A DNA stretch of 63,335 bases, filler included, from Hyphochytrium catenoides (lineage: Eukaryota; Protista; Hyphochytriomycota): the NCBI GenBank assembly GCA_900088475.1. It is 8 parts of 8 records of this genome, joined end to end, with 100 filler letters (N's around TTAATTAATTAA, not from the genome) between each part and the next. Parts side by side here need not be neighbours in the genome. Positions count along the whole stretch, not along the records: positions 28,478 to 46,787 come from FLMG01001758.1; positions 46,888 to 53,525 come from FLMG01001409.1; 6 more parts are not named here. One strand, written 5' to 3'. The translations under genes were made by a program, and so were the position numbers. The notes under the pieces are model-generated. The model was given only the letters and a program-made list of their open reading frames with translations, was not told the origin of the DNA and did not search any database. Shown here in pieces: positions 39,022 to 49,387 of the stretch. How positions within the stretch are numbered: the first letter of the stretch is position 1; each line of letters opens with the position of its first letter.

Positions 39022-39639
39022 NNNNGGAAGATCGACTGGGTCTAAGATCTTCTTTGATTGGTGGGCATCCCACCCAGTCAAGCCATATTCTAGAATATAA
39101 CAGTTGCTACCTAGCTAATGTCTGGAATATACAGCAGCCTTCAACTGATATATTGAATATAACAGGGCGGATGGCCACTTGTTGTTCCGACAGAGGCCAG
39201 TCCAAATGAGTCAGTGTGGGGGAACCCCCGCCCATATGTAGGAAGGGGCCCATACTTCATTTTATTATCAGAGGCCACCCCTGGTCTCCCGGGGAGGGCG
39301 CCCACTATGCCAGGACTTCATCCAACAAGCCACAGGAAAAAAATACAGCACTTCGCTGTTATTCGCCCAGATTCTATATCCTGATCATCCTCCGCTTTAT
39401 GCACTTCTAAGCTTATTAATTAGGTTAATTGTGCTACCTATTCCTATTCCGTTTTGGAACAAAGACCAACGCTATTATTGTGGCGTATTTCCTGATCCTT
39501 AGCCGACGAAGGGTATTTTAGGTAATCTTTTTGTCTCTTCAGATATTCCGGTTGAGGTGTCCACCTTGGGCCGCAGTCATTCCGACCTGCCGGAAAGCTC
39601 TTCTTCCATCATTTGCTCCACCACTTCCTTGTCTGTTTC

Positions 39640-39691
<52 letters not shown>

Positions 39692-40362
39692 CTCTCCTCT
39701 CTCTCTCTCTCTCCCCGATCATTGATTGATGGCTGACCTGTACATTGCCATCGCATAAATGGTCCAAGTCCTTTCTCCTGCTTTACTTTCTTCCTCTCCC
39801 AGCGCCAGAAGGGCGGCCTCGCCCGAGGCAGCACAAAGACCGAGGTTCCGCTCCGTTCTTCAAGTCTCTCTCCCTCGTATCTCACCATCATCTCACTCTC
39901 TCTTTCTCTCCCCGCCTGGATCATCATCCTCTTTCACCCTTCGCACAGCTACAGCAGTCGACTATTTCCCGGTCTGCAGAGCTTCCTCGGCTCTCCTTCG
40001 CCCTTTCTGCATCTAGAACGAAGGAGGGCAGTCAGTCCTCCTTTGTCGTCAGATCTATTCTAACCAGTGGCGTAGCTCTTGAACTCTGACTCTGACTGCC
40101 TGCCTTTCCACTTCTTCTCCGTGTAAAGCTTCTTATCCCTTTCTTTTCTCTCTTAGCCCATCATTTCTCCAGTTCTCTTCTCTCCTGCACATCAAGATAG
40201 GATGGAGGTACCGCAGCGATGAGCGCATCTCGCAATGAGAGACTGTTGCCTGCTGTCGATAGATTGACTTCAGAGGCTCATTAGTTGGCAGCATCTGGGC
40301 GTATACTTCTCCTCTTTGCTCTTCTTCCTGTCGCTCTTTCCGCACTGTTCTCGTTTGTCCCG

Positions 40363-41664
40363 ATGCTGCAGAAGTATAGAAGGCAGCAGCCGCGGTCTCC
40401 TGTTGCTGCCAAAGAGATTCGTCACACGGACTCCATGTCGTCAGGAACGACGGATGAGAATGAATCTCCGGTTCCAGCAGAGCAGTCGGAGCCCTTAGAC
40501 CTTCTCTCCTCTAGCGAGGGTATGAACTTTGGCAGAAGGATCCCTCAGCCTCTCGCTGGTCCTATATCTTCTTCGTCCCCCAAGTCAATTCGCATAGTGA
40601 ACAAGCCCAAATATCTGCACAACGACCCTAACAGGTTCTCCCTTACCCTCGAGCTAGCTGGACAGGAAGAGTCAGCATGGGACGTGCATCTCTCCTTAGA
40701 AGACCTAGAGAATCACCTTGCGCGATGTGATAATAAGTACAGTTTGGGACAAGGCAGGATGACGTGGCCTTTCTGTCGCTATTGCAAGCGAGTAGCACAT
40801 GTCTCAGCTTTCTACAGGCTGCCGGAGAGAAGTTCCATCGCTGCCCCTGCTCCCCAGCCGGACGCTTTGGAAGGCGTGGTAGAGGACGAACGGCTGACAC
40901 TGGTGCACTGCTATGTAAAGAGCCTTCTGAACATTCAGAATGAAAGCTATCGCATACCAAAGAATGAGCTGATCCAGTGCTCTGTCTGCCCAGAAGTCTT
41001 TCTGTGGGCAAAGGAGCTACTCCGCCTTCCTGGATGCATCCACTCCTCGTCGCTTTGCCCCTGTCAGGGGGAGAACTTAGCCCCAACCAAGGCTTCTTTA
41101 CTCGCTTTAGAACTGGCCAAGAGGCCGCTTGTAGGTCTCCCTCGCCTGGTGCTTCAGCATACGTCAGTCACCGACGAGGACAAGTTCAGAGTGGTTATTG
41201 ACCGTCAGAGCCGGAGTGGAAGGGCTTCAAGGGCTTGGAACCTAGACCACAAGTACAGCGACCTCAGGGACTTGAGGGAGCTTGTGAAGCACGAGTGGGC
41301 AGATAGAAAGACGAAGAAATTCTCGTGCGCCTTTTGTCAAAGAATGTACGCAGCTCTTTCGAGCTCTCTTCCCATTCCGCTGCTGACTTCCAAGGAAGGC
41401 CAACTTTTGGCTGTTGCTGGTTACTTCTCCAACATTATCATGGCGCTCAACGTGCAGTACCAAGAGCACGACTCTGCCGCCTGTCTTGGTTGCTATAAGA
41501 TGCACAAGTACGCGGTTAAGCTTCTGCATCTCACAGGCTGCATTCACACCCTCTCCTCTCGCTGTGGTGTCTGTGAACTGGCAGACCACCAGGTGATCAA
41601 AGAGATAGATAGAGTCCGAAGCGAGATAGGTGGTCGGAGACACACTGCAGCGCACCCTTATTAG
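40363..41664 (+). CDS. Intronless protein with two tandem PX-like, Cys/His-rich domains
   Basis: The 459-codon ORF opens at a TTG; the first ATG is at 40363. Internal duplication: AWDVHLSLEDL...FCRYCKR...CSVC...LLRLPGCIHSSSLCPC versus AWNLDHKYSDLRDL...SCAFCQR...CLGC...LLHLTGCIHTLSSRCGVC. WNLDHKYSDL resembles the PX W-x-V-x-RRYSDF motif. Confidence 0.75.
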   Translation: MLQKYRRQQPRSPVAAKEIRHTDSMSSGTTDENESPVPAEQSEPLDLLSSSEGMNFGRRIPQPLAGPISSSSPKSIRIVNKPKYLHNDPNRFSLTLELAGQEESAWDVHLSLEDLENHLARCDNKYSLGQGRMTWPFCRYCKRVAHVSAFYRLPERSSIAAPAPQPDALEGVVEDERLTLVHCYVKSLLNIQNESYRIPKNELIQCSVCPEVFLWAKELLRLPGCIHSSSLCPCQGENLAPTKASLLALELAKRPLVGLPRLVLQHTSVTDEDKFRVVIDRQSRSGRASRAWNLDHKYSDLRDLRELVKHEWADRKTKKFSCAFCQRMYAALSSSLPIPLLTSKEGQLLAVAGYFSNIIMALNVQYQEHDSAACLGCYKMHKYAVKLLHLTGCIHTLSSRCGVCELADHQVIKEIDRVRSEIGGRRHTAAHPY

Positions 41665-41878
41665 GCACTCTGCATGGCCTCATTAACGATCAGTTTGCCG
41701 CTCTAGTTCGCCGTCTTATTAACTTATTGCTCTTAGAAGTTAGAGCACCATCTAAATTATATACCCAGCCGCACAATCTGTGGGCTGCACACGCATTTCC
41801 TGCTTATAAAGCTTTAAGATATTCTTCTCCCTGAGCTATCAAGGTGCCTTGCCTTCTTAAAGGTTGAAGCTTGAGACT

Positions 41879-43735
41879 TTATTTTGTGAGGAGTTCTTCC
41901 GTCTTCAGTTCATCCTCCATTTCTCGACTAGTACTGGCACTGAAATGGGAGGTATGTGTACTCGTTGGCGGGGATTGGCTAGCGTCAGGAGACTGTGAGA
42001 TGTACGGCGTGGCAAGAGGCTTCCGACCCTCAGAGCTGTTTCGTCTTAGTAAGCTGGCGTCAAACTCACAAATCATGTCCGGGTCTTGTCTCCTGGCTAT
42101 TCGTCGATCGCTCTCTTCAGCATGTTGCAAGTGCGATGTGCACGATCCACCCAGACCCCAGGACGAGTGCCCTATGCAGAAGAAAGCCATACCGATGGCA
42201 AAGGACACAGAGAACGTGATGTTGAGGAACACGCCCCAGGAAAAGTATCCTGTCTGGACTATGAAAGATCTAGTGGAGGTGAGACTGGCATTCATTCCCT
42301 CCTTGCAAACTATTGCAGCCAAGACCGTGTTCTCAGTGAAGGTCAGTTGGTTCTTGGCCTCTGTCAAAAAGTTCCCCTTCTCGCAGCTGGGATCTTCCAC
42401 GCTCTCATCCCCGTAGTTGTAGCTTATGTAAGACCCAGGGAGCTGTGTACTCAGAGATACCTGGACGGAGTCAAGGTAGAAGTCGATACCTCTTGGAGGT
42501 GGAGGGAATGAGATTTGAGGCTTACCAGCACGGACAGTGAAGAAGTCCGAGATTGCCGGTAGGCTTTGACTCCTGCTGTCCGCACAGGCTACAGCGGTTA
42601 TAATCCCCGTACTATTGAGCCTGATTGTCATAGTGCCGGACGGAAGCGAAGGGTTTGCAGCAATCCTGTGTGAGCTATTGCTAGTGGCACAGCTAGGGAG
42701 AGCTCCGGACAATGAGTACGCCACATACTCTGTTCTGGGTTCCACTTTCATCACTACGTCGACGGACTCTTCTGCCAACTGACCAGACGTAAGGAATATA
42801 GGAGGCACCATGCCCACACTAAACAGAGGAGAATAGACGAACGGGCTGGGCGTACCACCAGAACAAGCTAAAGCCACGATGAAGGCCTCAGAGCTGACGG
42901 TAAGGAGAGTAGCGTTGCTGCTATTTGTAGTGCCAGTGCCTCCGATGCAGGAGAGCGTGGTACAGCTGATGAGGTTCTGCGAGCAGGTGGTGTACCTACT
43001 ACTCATGAATGTCTCAGTTACAATGTAGGCAGCTTGTCCTGTTATGAGTACCTCATAGCTAGTGGCTAAGTCTGTTCTGAAGTCCTTGAAGGTCACAGGT
43101 GCATTGCTATCGTAGCTGACAATGCTGACAGTCCGCATGGTTTCGCAGGAGAGACATTGGAACGGCAGAGTCTTGAAGAGGACAGTGCCATTCACCGCTA
43201 GAGTTACCTCATGGACAGCCCAAGACAGAATGAGGTCGAGCTTGTACGGTACGTTAGCTGTGAAGGGAAGATTGGCATAAGATGTAGATGCACCATTGAA
43301 AAGGACGAGCTGGTTGGGCCTCCCACTTGCGTGGCCTAAGAGACCAACAGAGACGATTTGATGGGCTACAGCCTTAGACTTTCCAATGGCAAAGTATCCC
43401 ATGGAGCCTGTCTGTACGCCCGGGATGACAGTCCACGATACGACGTCTGGGCGTAAATCTTCTTTGAGGTTGAATGTGGCATTGGCTGCTGTTTTAGGCA
43501 AGCCGCTTTTCTTTTCAAACCTAGCACCATGGTGAGCACTGACAGACAGGGAGGCCTCACTGCTGATCGTCCACCCATCGCGGAGTGCAAAAATATCGCC
43601 ATCGCCTCCAACCGGCGTCCTCACAACCGATGGTATCTGGAACTCAGGTGCAAGAACCGTTTTGGCTATCCCTCTCGGCACATAGCAGAAGAGAAGAAGG
43701 CCACCAAGAACCCGCAAGAGGCGGAAGCTGTCCAT
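41879..43735 (-). CDS. Type I membrane (cell-surface) protein: signal peptide, beta-rich N-domain, 2-3 Fn3-associated/CHB_HEX_C-like repeats, TM helix, Ser/Thr-rich tail
   Basis: 618-aa intronless ORF with a hydrophobic N-terminus (MDSFRLLRVLGGLLLFCYVPRGIA). Repeats: VPPIF...VDVVM...YVAYSLSGALPSC...IITAVAC...S and KPQIS...VQVSLSTQLPGSYISYNYG...DPSC...TVLAAIVCKEGMNAS. TM segment WGVFLNITFSVSFAIGMAFFCIG. Confidence 0.8.
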   Translation of the reverse strand: MDSFRLLRVLGGLLLFCYVPRGIAKTVLAPEFQIPSVVRTPVGGDGDIFALRDGWTISSEASLSVSAHHGARFEKKSGLPKTAANATFNLKEDLRPDVVSWTVIPGVQTGSMGYFAIGKSKAVAHQIVSVGLLGHASGRPNQLVLFNGASTSYANLPFTANVPYKLDLILSWAVHEVTLAVNGTVLFKTLPFQCLSCETMRTVSIVSYDSNAPVTFKDFRTDLATSYEVLITGQAAYIVTETFMSSRYTTCSQNLISCTTLSCIGGTGTTNSSNATLLTVSSEAFIVALACSGGTPSPFVYSPLFSVGMVPPIFLTSGQLAEESVDVVMKVEPRTEYVAYSLSGALPSCATSNSSHRIAANPSLPSGTMTIRLNSTGIITAVACADSRSQSLPAISDFFTVRAGKPQISFPPPPRGIDFYLDSVQVSLSTQLPGSYISYNYGDESVEDPSCEKGNFLTEAKNQLTFTENTVLAAIVCKEGMNASLTSTRSFIVQTGYFSWGVFLNITFSVSFAIGMAFFCIGHSSWGLGGSCTSHLQHAEESDRRIARRQDPDMICEFDASLLRRNSSEGRKPLATPYISQSPDASQSPPTSTHTSHFSASTSREMEDELKTEELLTK

Positions 43736-45500
43736 CTTCCTAGAGAACCATAGCAGAGTAGTCTCTTCCTTCGCGGAAAAACCAATCCCTAAACTTTGTT
43801 TGACGAACCTGAGGGAAAACCTTCAGCCTTACACATTCCCGTCCGCACTCTCGGGTCACCAAGCTGTACCCGTTGCTCTCTCTACTGCGCTCCAGCCGTA
43901 GAGAAACTAACACTATGGGCCCCTAAAGACAGGACCGATGACGGACCCCCGATGGCAGTCACTCAGGCCAATCATTGGATCTTCAAATATCTGTCATCGC
44001 CAGTCTGCGCGCTGGCTCCTCTTGAGCTTCCTCGTCTCCTCACCTCTCTGGCACCTCTTCGTCCGCGGCAAACTACTTGGAAGCAATGTCTGTATATGTC
44101 CTAAAGTGTATTATTACGTTCCGGTTGCCATAGCAAAGACAGCATTGTGAAGGAGTGTCAAGTCGTAAACCGTCTCCAAATCGTATATTGGTTTCATCTG
44201 ATTGACAAACAGTTTTGGGGTGAAGTAGGCTGTGTGATCCTTATTCTTGGAAAGGGGAGGATAAGCTTCGGGCTTTGCTAAATAATCTAGGTTGTAAAGC
44301 ATACATATTTGCCGTTAATCTCGGTTCTGCCGTGATTTTAGGTCCAGTACTCTTCGGAATGACTGTTCTCTTTTGGTTCTCGTTTTTATCGCCTTCCTTT
44401 CTTGAGAGTTCTTCCTTCAATAGTTCTAAGGTTGTTGTTACAAGGCGTCAGGAACCTTCTTCAAAAGGCCTTGAGCGCTGCTGTTGCATGCAGAGCTTTA
44501 TGGCTTATGTTACTCTACAGATTAGCTAGCCGGAGCAACATGGCCTCATAACTCATAATAAATGGATGAGCTTTAGTCTTCAATCTGCGCACTGGTGATA
44601 CCTGGAGGAGGAAGAAGGAGGCAAAGACTCGCAACCAGGGACGCGCACGGGCTCCTTGCGATCGCGCCACTGTCCATCTGCTTACCTTATGTAAGGCTGC
44701 GCAGCAGGATCTTCTTACCTGCATTGTTCCTCATCTACGATCGGTCTCTGCAGGATGGCCCGGTCAGCATCATCTTCAAGCAGCGGCCAGGAATTCAGCA
44801 GAGCAATCTCTTTCCTCTCCGTAACCTAGCTGATTTATAAGATACTTATCGGCCATCATGGGCGATCCCAATCAATACCTACCATAGAAAGAGCACGACC
44901 AAGGTCTGTGGATACTTCAAATGACGGACTACTATATAACCGGGCCTCTTGCTGACAATGGGAGATCAGCCCTGCTAGAATGGGTTTCAACCATGCCGAG
45001 CAGGGAAAGTCACCGCCGCCGCTGTCCATTTGTAGACCACTTCTGCAGGAGAAAGGAGGTTGTGTTATTCGCCGATCCTAAAAGATGATAGTGCGCGCTA
45101 TTGATGTTAGCTTGAAGCTGGAATGAGCCAGCTCCTCCCATCCCCGACATCAGGCAGATCGTGTTGAATTTTGAGCAAAGATAAGGCTGGCCTTTTAAGC
45201 CTTACCCTTTACCGAGGTGTAGCACGTCCGAGATGCAGATGGCTACACATTGCAGACCGCCACCAGGTTCTACCCCGAGTACCTTACAAGTTCATAGACT
45301 GCTCAAATATTGTCAGCGCATTCTACTATTATGTACAGCATGTGTTTAGAAATAAATAAATACCTCGTATCTCCTAACAAACCTATTCAGAGTGCCCCTA
45401 TAAAAAGTCTATGTGAGGCTCTCGTAAGCCCACTGACCAGAAGACTGGCCAGCTCTGCCAGAGTGCAGCACATCCCTTTATCGGTCACTGCAAGCACTAG

Positions 45501-46361
45501 TTATGACCGCATTTTGAGCCAACCGTGCGTGATTGAGACTTCCGATAGAATCTTCGTCAGCTCTTGGCGCGAGTAGTAGCACTCTTCCCTGAACTCAGGA
45601 CTGACTGGTCGCACGTTGTAGACCTCAACCTCATCCATAAAGATAACGTGCCTACTGCATGGGCTTGTGCTATCAGACTCGGGGGTGTCCAGCTGTGGCT
45701 CTTCTAATATATGGTCGTCTTCCACCTGCTCTTGATATTCCGCTGAGGCGCCAGTAAGGCTATTGAGCCATCTCATGAAGTCCCAGCGGCTTTCTGCATA
45801 AACATAGAAGACATGTCCGTCGCTGGTCTGGATCAAAAATCCAAACTTCTTGCCTCCCCAAGCTTCTGCATGAACTACCTCGCTGCGTGCCATGGGCTTG
45901 CAGTGCGACCGGAAGTCTTTTTCGCTTTTATATTCTTCCAAGACTCCACCCTTCAAGTTGAAGTACCTCATTCTCCAGATCAGCGGCCACTTCTCACTAC
46001 GGCAGTGCAAATTTCCTCTGCAGGTTACTCTGGACCGCTGTAAGCAAGCCGTAGGACGATCTAAGGGGTCGCTGTGCAGTACTTCTCTGCAGCAAGAGAC
46101 AAGGTCCTTGGCGCAAAACTCATCGTGGATCGTGTCGGAGGTGCGTCGGTCATTCTGATTGTCCTCTGAGATTATACTCGCTGCTGAAGACTCTCTATCG
46201 CCAGCATAGCTGCTATCAGTTGGAGACTCAACTAAAGTTTGTTCGCTTCCCGTAGGCGATTCGGATTCGGCGTTACAAGGCGCCATCCTTTTAAGCTCAG
46301 GCGCAGCAGTCTCGTGTTCCTGCTGGTTATCTGATTGATAGCCATCGTCTCCAGCAGGCAT
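45501..46361 (-). CDS. PH-domain protein with a C-terminal RVxF-like motif
   Basis: First ATG at 46361 in the 301-codon ORF. PH pattern: CRGNLHCRSEKWPLIWRMRYFNLKGGVLEEYK...FGFLIQTSDGHVFYVYAESRWDFMRWLNSL. C-terminus RHVIFMDEVEV...YYSRQEL. Confidence 0.85.
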   Translation of the reverse strand: MPAGDDGYQSDNQQEHETAAPELKRMAPCNAESESPTGSEQTLVESPTDSSYAGDRESSAASIISEDNQNDRRTSDTIHDEFCAKDLVSCCREVLHSDPLDRPTACLQRSRVTCRGNLHCRSEKWPLIWRMRYFNLKGGVLEEYKSEKDFRSHCKPMARSEVVHAEAWGGKKFGFLIQTSDGHVFYVYAESRWDFMRWLNSLTGASAEYQEQVEDDHILEEPQLDTPESDSTSPCSRHVIFMDEVEVYNVRPVSPEFREECYYSRQELTKILSEVSITHGWLKMRS

Positions 46362-46787
46362 TTCGGTTGCTTCTGACAATACGTCACGAGATCTCTCTTT
46401 GCCCAATTAAGGTTGGTCTAGTCCTGCTCTGCTCTCCAATTTCTTTCTTGGATAGATTGTTTGCTTGAGCGTCAAATCTTTCACTGGACTCGATGAGCTC
46501 GGCACCACTCTCTCTAACTGCCTTCAAAGTCACAACGACACAAGCAAAGATCAAGCTCCTGCCACCTTGCACAGCGCGGCCGATGCGCTCTTTCACCAGC
46601 GAGGTGAGCAACAGCCGTGAGGTGCTATTATGAGCGTGATGACATGAGCGCCTTTGCCGGGCTTTGAATGGCTCTGTTCTGTGCTTCCCGAGGTCAAAGG
46701 TTCCGAGGAGCGGCGTCACTAGCGGCCAGCCGCCCCTTTTCAAGAACATTTTCTGTTGGCCTTCTTAACGTCTGAGACGAACGGTGG

Positions 46788-46887
46788 NNNNNNNNNNNNN
46801 NNNNNNNNNNNNNNNNNNNNNNNNNNNNNNNTTAATTAATTAANNNNNNNNNNNNNNNNNNNNNNNNNNNNNNNNNNNNNNNNNNNN
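46788..46887. other. Artificial contig spacer
   Basis: N44-TTAATTAATTAA-N44. Confidence 0.97.
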
Positions 46888-47594
46888 CAGGAGCTGTTCT
46901 GCCTCCGATGGCTATTTTTGGCCTCTGCTCCTCCTTCCTCTTCTTCATGGAGGAATGAGACTCCGTACTCTTTTAATCATTGATGAAGTAGGGGAGCAAG
47001 ATGCTGAGAGCACGTGGTGATTGCCGTCGTACACAGATGGGGCCAGTATGAAGGAAGGCGAACCTCTTTCAGCTTTCAACGACTACTCCTTAGCTGCTCT
47101 TCGTTTTAGAAGTGATAGTGAAAGTCCTGATAAGGAAGATGCTTGATGATGGCATGATGCCATTTCCTCATCATTCATTCTGAAGCTTTGTGTGAAGATG
47201 GATATCAACCATCTTGCACTTGCTGTATCTTCCAGGGTCCACACTACCTCCCTATCCAGCTGGATTATAAATCAAATTGAAAATGTTCCTGATAATGTGG
47301 TCTACTAAGGAGTTCCGAGGCTGTTATCCAGAACAGAAACGTGATGAAGCTTGGTGCATTAGCTTAGGCTTAGGCATCCCTTTGTGTTCTTGATAAAGGG
47401 AGTCTAAAAGCACGGAATATGCGAGATGTCTGGGCTTATTGATAATTAGACTTCTACTAAGGGTACGTTTTGCCCTACATGTAGAGGGGTTCCCGATCTT
47501 AGTTAGCTTGTGGATCTTCTTGGATGTTGGAGGTCCACAGATTACAACTTTCTTGCCGGTAGTGACTTGTCCCGAAGACGACGGTCAACACGCT

Positions 47595-49189
47595 ATGGAG
47601 CTCAATCCGCTCGAAATTGATGTTTTTCCGAATGAAATCTTCGATCTTGCCTGTTATCCGGGTGGCAAGATTCTTTATACACTCAGGAAGCCTAAAGGAA
47701 AGTTCCTCAGAAGGTACAGTTGGGTCAAAGATAACAAGCTATTTCTCGCAGATGTTGTGAGTGGAGAATGTAAGGAAATTTTGGAGTTTGATTCCTCTTA
47801 TAAGGGGCTGGCGGTGGACTGGGGTACGAAAAAACTTTACGTCCATGATAGGACTCCATCGTCTGTTTTGAGAAGACCGATGCCGGTTGGGTCAGAAACA
47901 CCGTGCTTCATGGCAAATATTCCTACGAAAGTTGGGATCATGGTCCTAATTTTTCTCAGGGTCACTCTTCTGAGTATCTGGACGGCATAGCGGTGGATAA
48001 TGGTGTCGTCGTGTATACAATCTCCTGGCACAGTATCGACTACAGCCTATATGGTGTACAGGAAAGCAGTTCGTCTCGTTTATTCTGTCTCGATAAACCA
48101 GGCAGGGCTTTATTCTCATCATCAGGTGATTCAACGAAGTTCGCACTTTATGGAGGCGATCGATTGGCGGCGATCAACAGTCATGATGAGAGGCTGGTAG
48201 AGCTCACTCCCAATGCCCACTCAAAACGTTGGCGGCCCACAAATCAAACAAACGCTGACAAACTAAAAAACGTATATGATGTCGCCTATGATGGATTGGG
48301 TCGACTCATATACTGTCAAGAGATCAACGAAAAGAAATGGGGTAAAAGGGGCTACAGCATCTGTATTGGGAAATACCACCTGATGCATATTCCTGATAAA
48401 GAATTTTTTCCACGCATGAAGTTGGATGTCAATCGGGCTGATGGAAGCTTGGTTCTTGCGGTAAACAGGAAGCTTTGCCCCCCCAAACAATGTGGTTGTC
48501 GCGAACTAAAGTGTATTTGTCCCACACAATATCGCACTGGTCTGGAGATCTACAAGAACCTTCTACCACCGGACCAACGCTATGTTGGCGCACCTTCCAA
48601 CCCGGAGATTGTTACAGAACCTGAAGATTTGACTATCAAGATCAACAACAGCACGTTTAAATTAAGAGCTCATAAGTCAGTGCTGGCCAAGAAATCAGAT
48701 AAGTTCAAAGGCCAATTCAGTGGGACCTGGCGTTCGGACAGCACAATTGATTTGGATGGAAGTATTGCAGCGGTTCGGGCACTATTACAGTATATGTACG
48801 AAGGCGCCACGAACTTGGATGATTTGGAGTTTCACGACGTTCTTTCACTATATAAAGTTGCCGACTTTTGCATGGTGTCAGACTTGATGAACAAGTTACA
48901 TATTTGGCTGGCATCTTATCTGCCACGAGCAGACGAGTCCGAGCTTTTAGCAGCTCTGGATCTGGCGCTGCAACTCGACATCAAATGGTTGCAACTTGAG
49001 GTCATTCTCAACATAAAACAACATCCCGAGTATACCTTCCAAAATTATATACAGTCGGAAGCAGCACTGGCATTTATTGAAGCTGCACGCCAGGATGGGC
49101 CGATCGTTGCAACCCGGGATGCGACTGCAACTCACGATGCGGCGACTCAAGATGCAGTAATCATTGATCAACCGAACAAGAGAGCGTAA
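47595..49189 (+). pseudogene. Beta-propeller (NHL-like) plus C-terminal BTB/POZ protein with one frameshift near 47850 (pseudogene or sequencing error)
   Basis: ATG 47595 MELNPL...KGLAVDWGTKKLYVHD. The frame of the 47903 ORF is open from 47852 (DSIVCFEKTDAGWVRNTVLHG...). Propeller-like blades: LDGIAVDNG, VYDVAYDGLGRLIY. BTB: DLTIKIN...RAHKSVLAKKSDKFKGQF...VRALLQYMYEG...LYKVADF. Confidence 0.75.
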
Positions 49190-49387
49190 GTAGACTCTTT
49201 TTTTTTATTTTGAGAAAATGCTTTCGGGAAATAAGGGGATTTCGAATTACTAGATGGAAGTAGGCGTAGTCAAACACACTTTTTTAATATCTTTTTATGA
49301 TCTTCTTTCTGGATTGAAAGGCTAAAAATCCCATCATCTTCGTGTCTCTCAGCCGTAAGGCTAAGGTGCACAACGGTACAAGCATTC

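Larger units (their letters stand above)
1..39720. repeat. Pervasive (GA)n/(TC)n microsatellite and polypurine/polypyrimidine tracts in introns and intergenic DNA
   Basis: Very many tracts, e.g. the long (GA)n run from ~2041 and (TC)n at ~15215-15275. They account for the poly-SL and poly-RE pseudo-ORFs. Confidence 0.97.

Noticed and set aside
1-39720. Many long ORFs rich in SLSLSL or RERERE
   Set aside because: These are translations of (TC)n/(GA)n microsatellite, which lacks stop codons. They mostly fall in introns or antisense to real exons.
44114-45300. Possible small minus-strand exons (e.g. LLNSWPLLEDDADRAILQRP)
   Set aside because: I could not assemble an in-phase model or recognise a family; unresolved rather than disproved.
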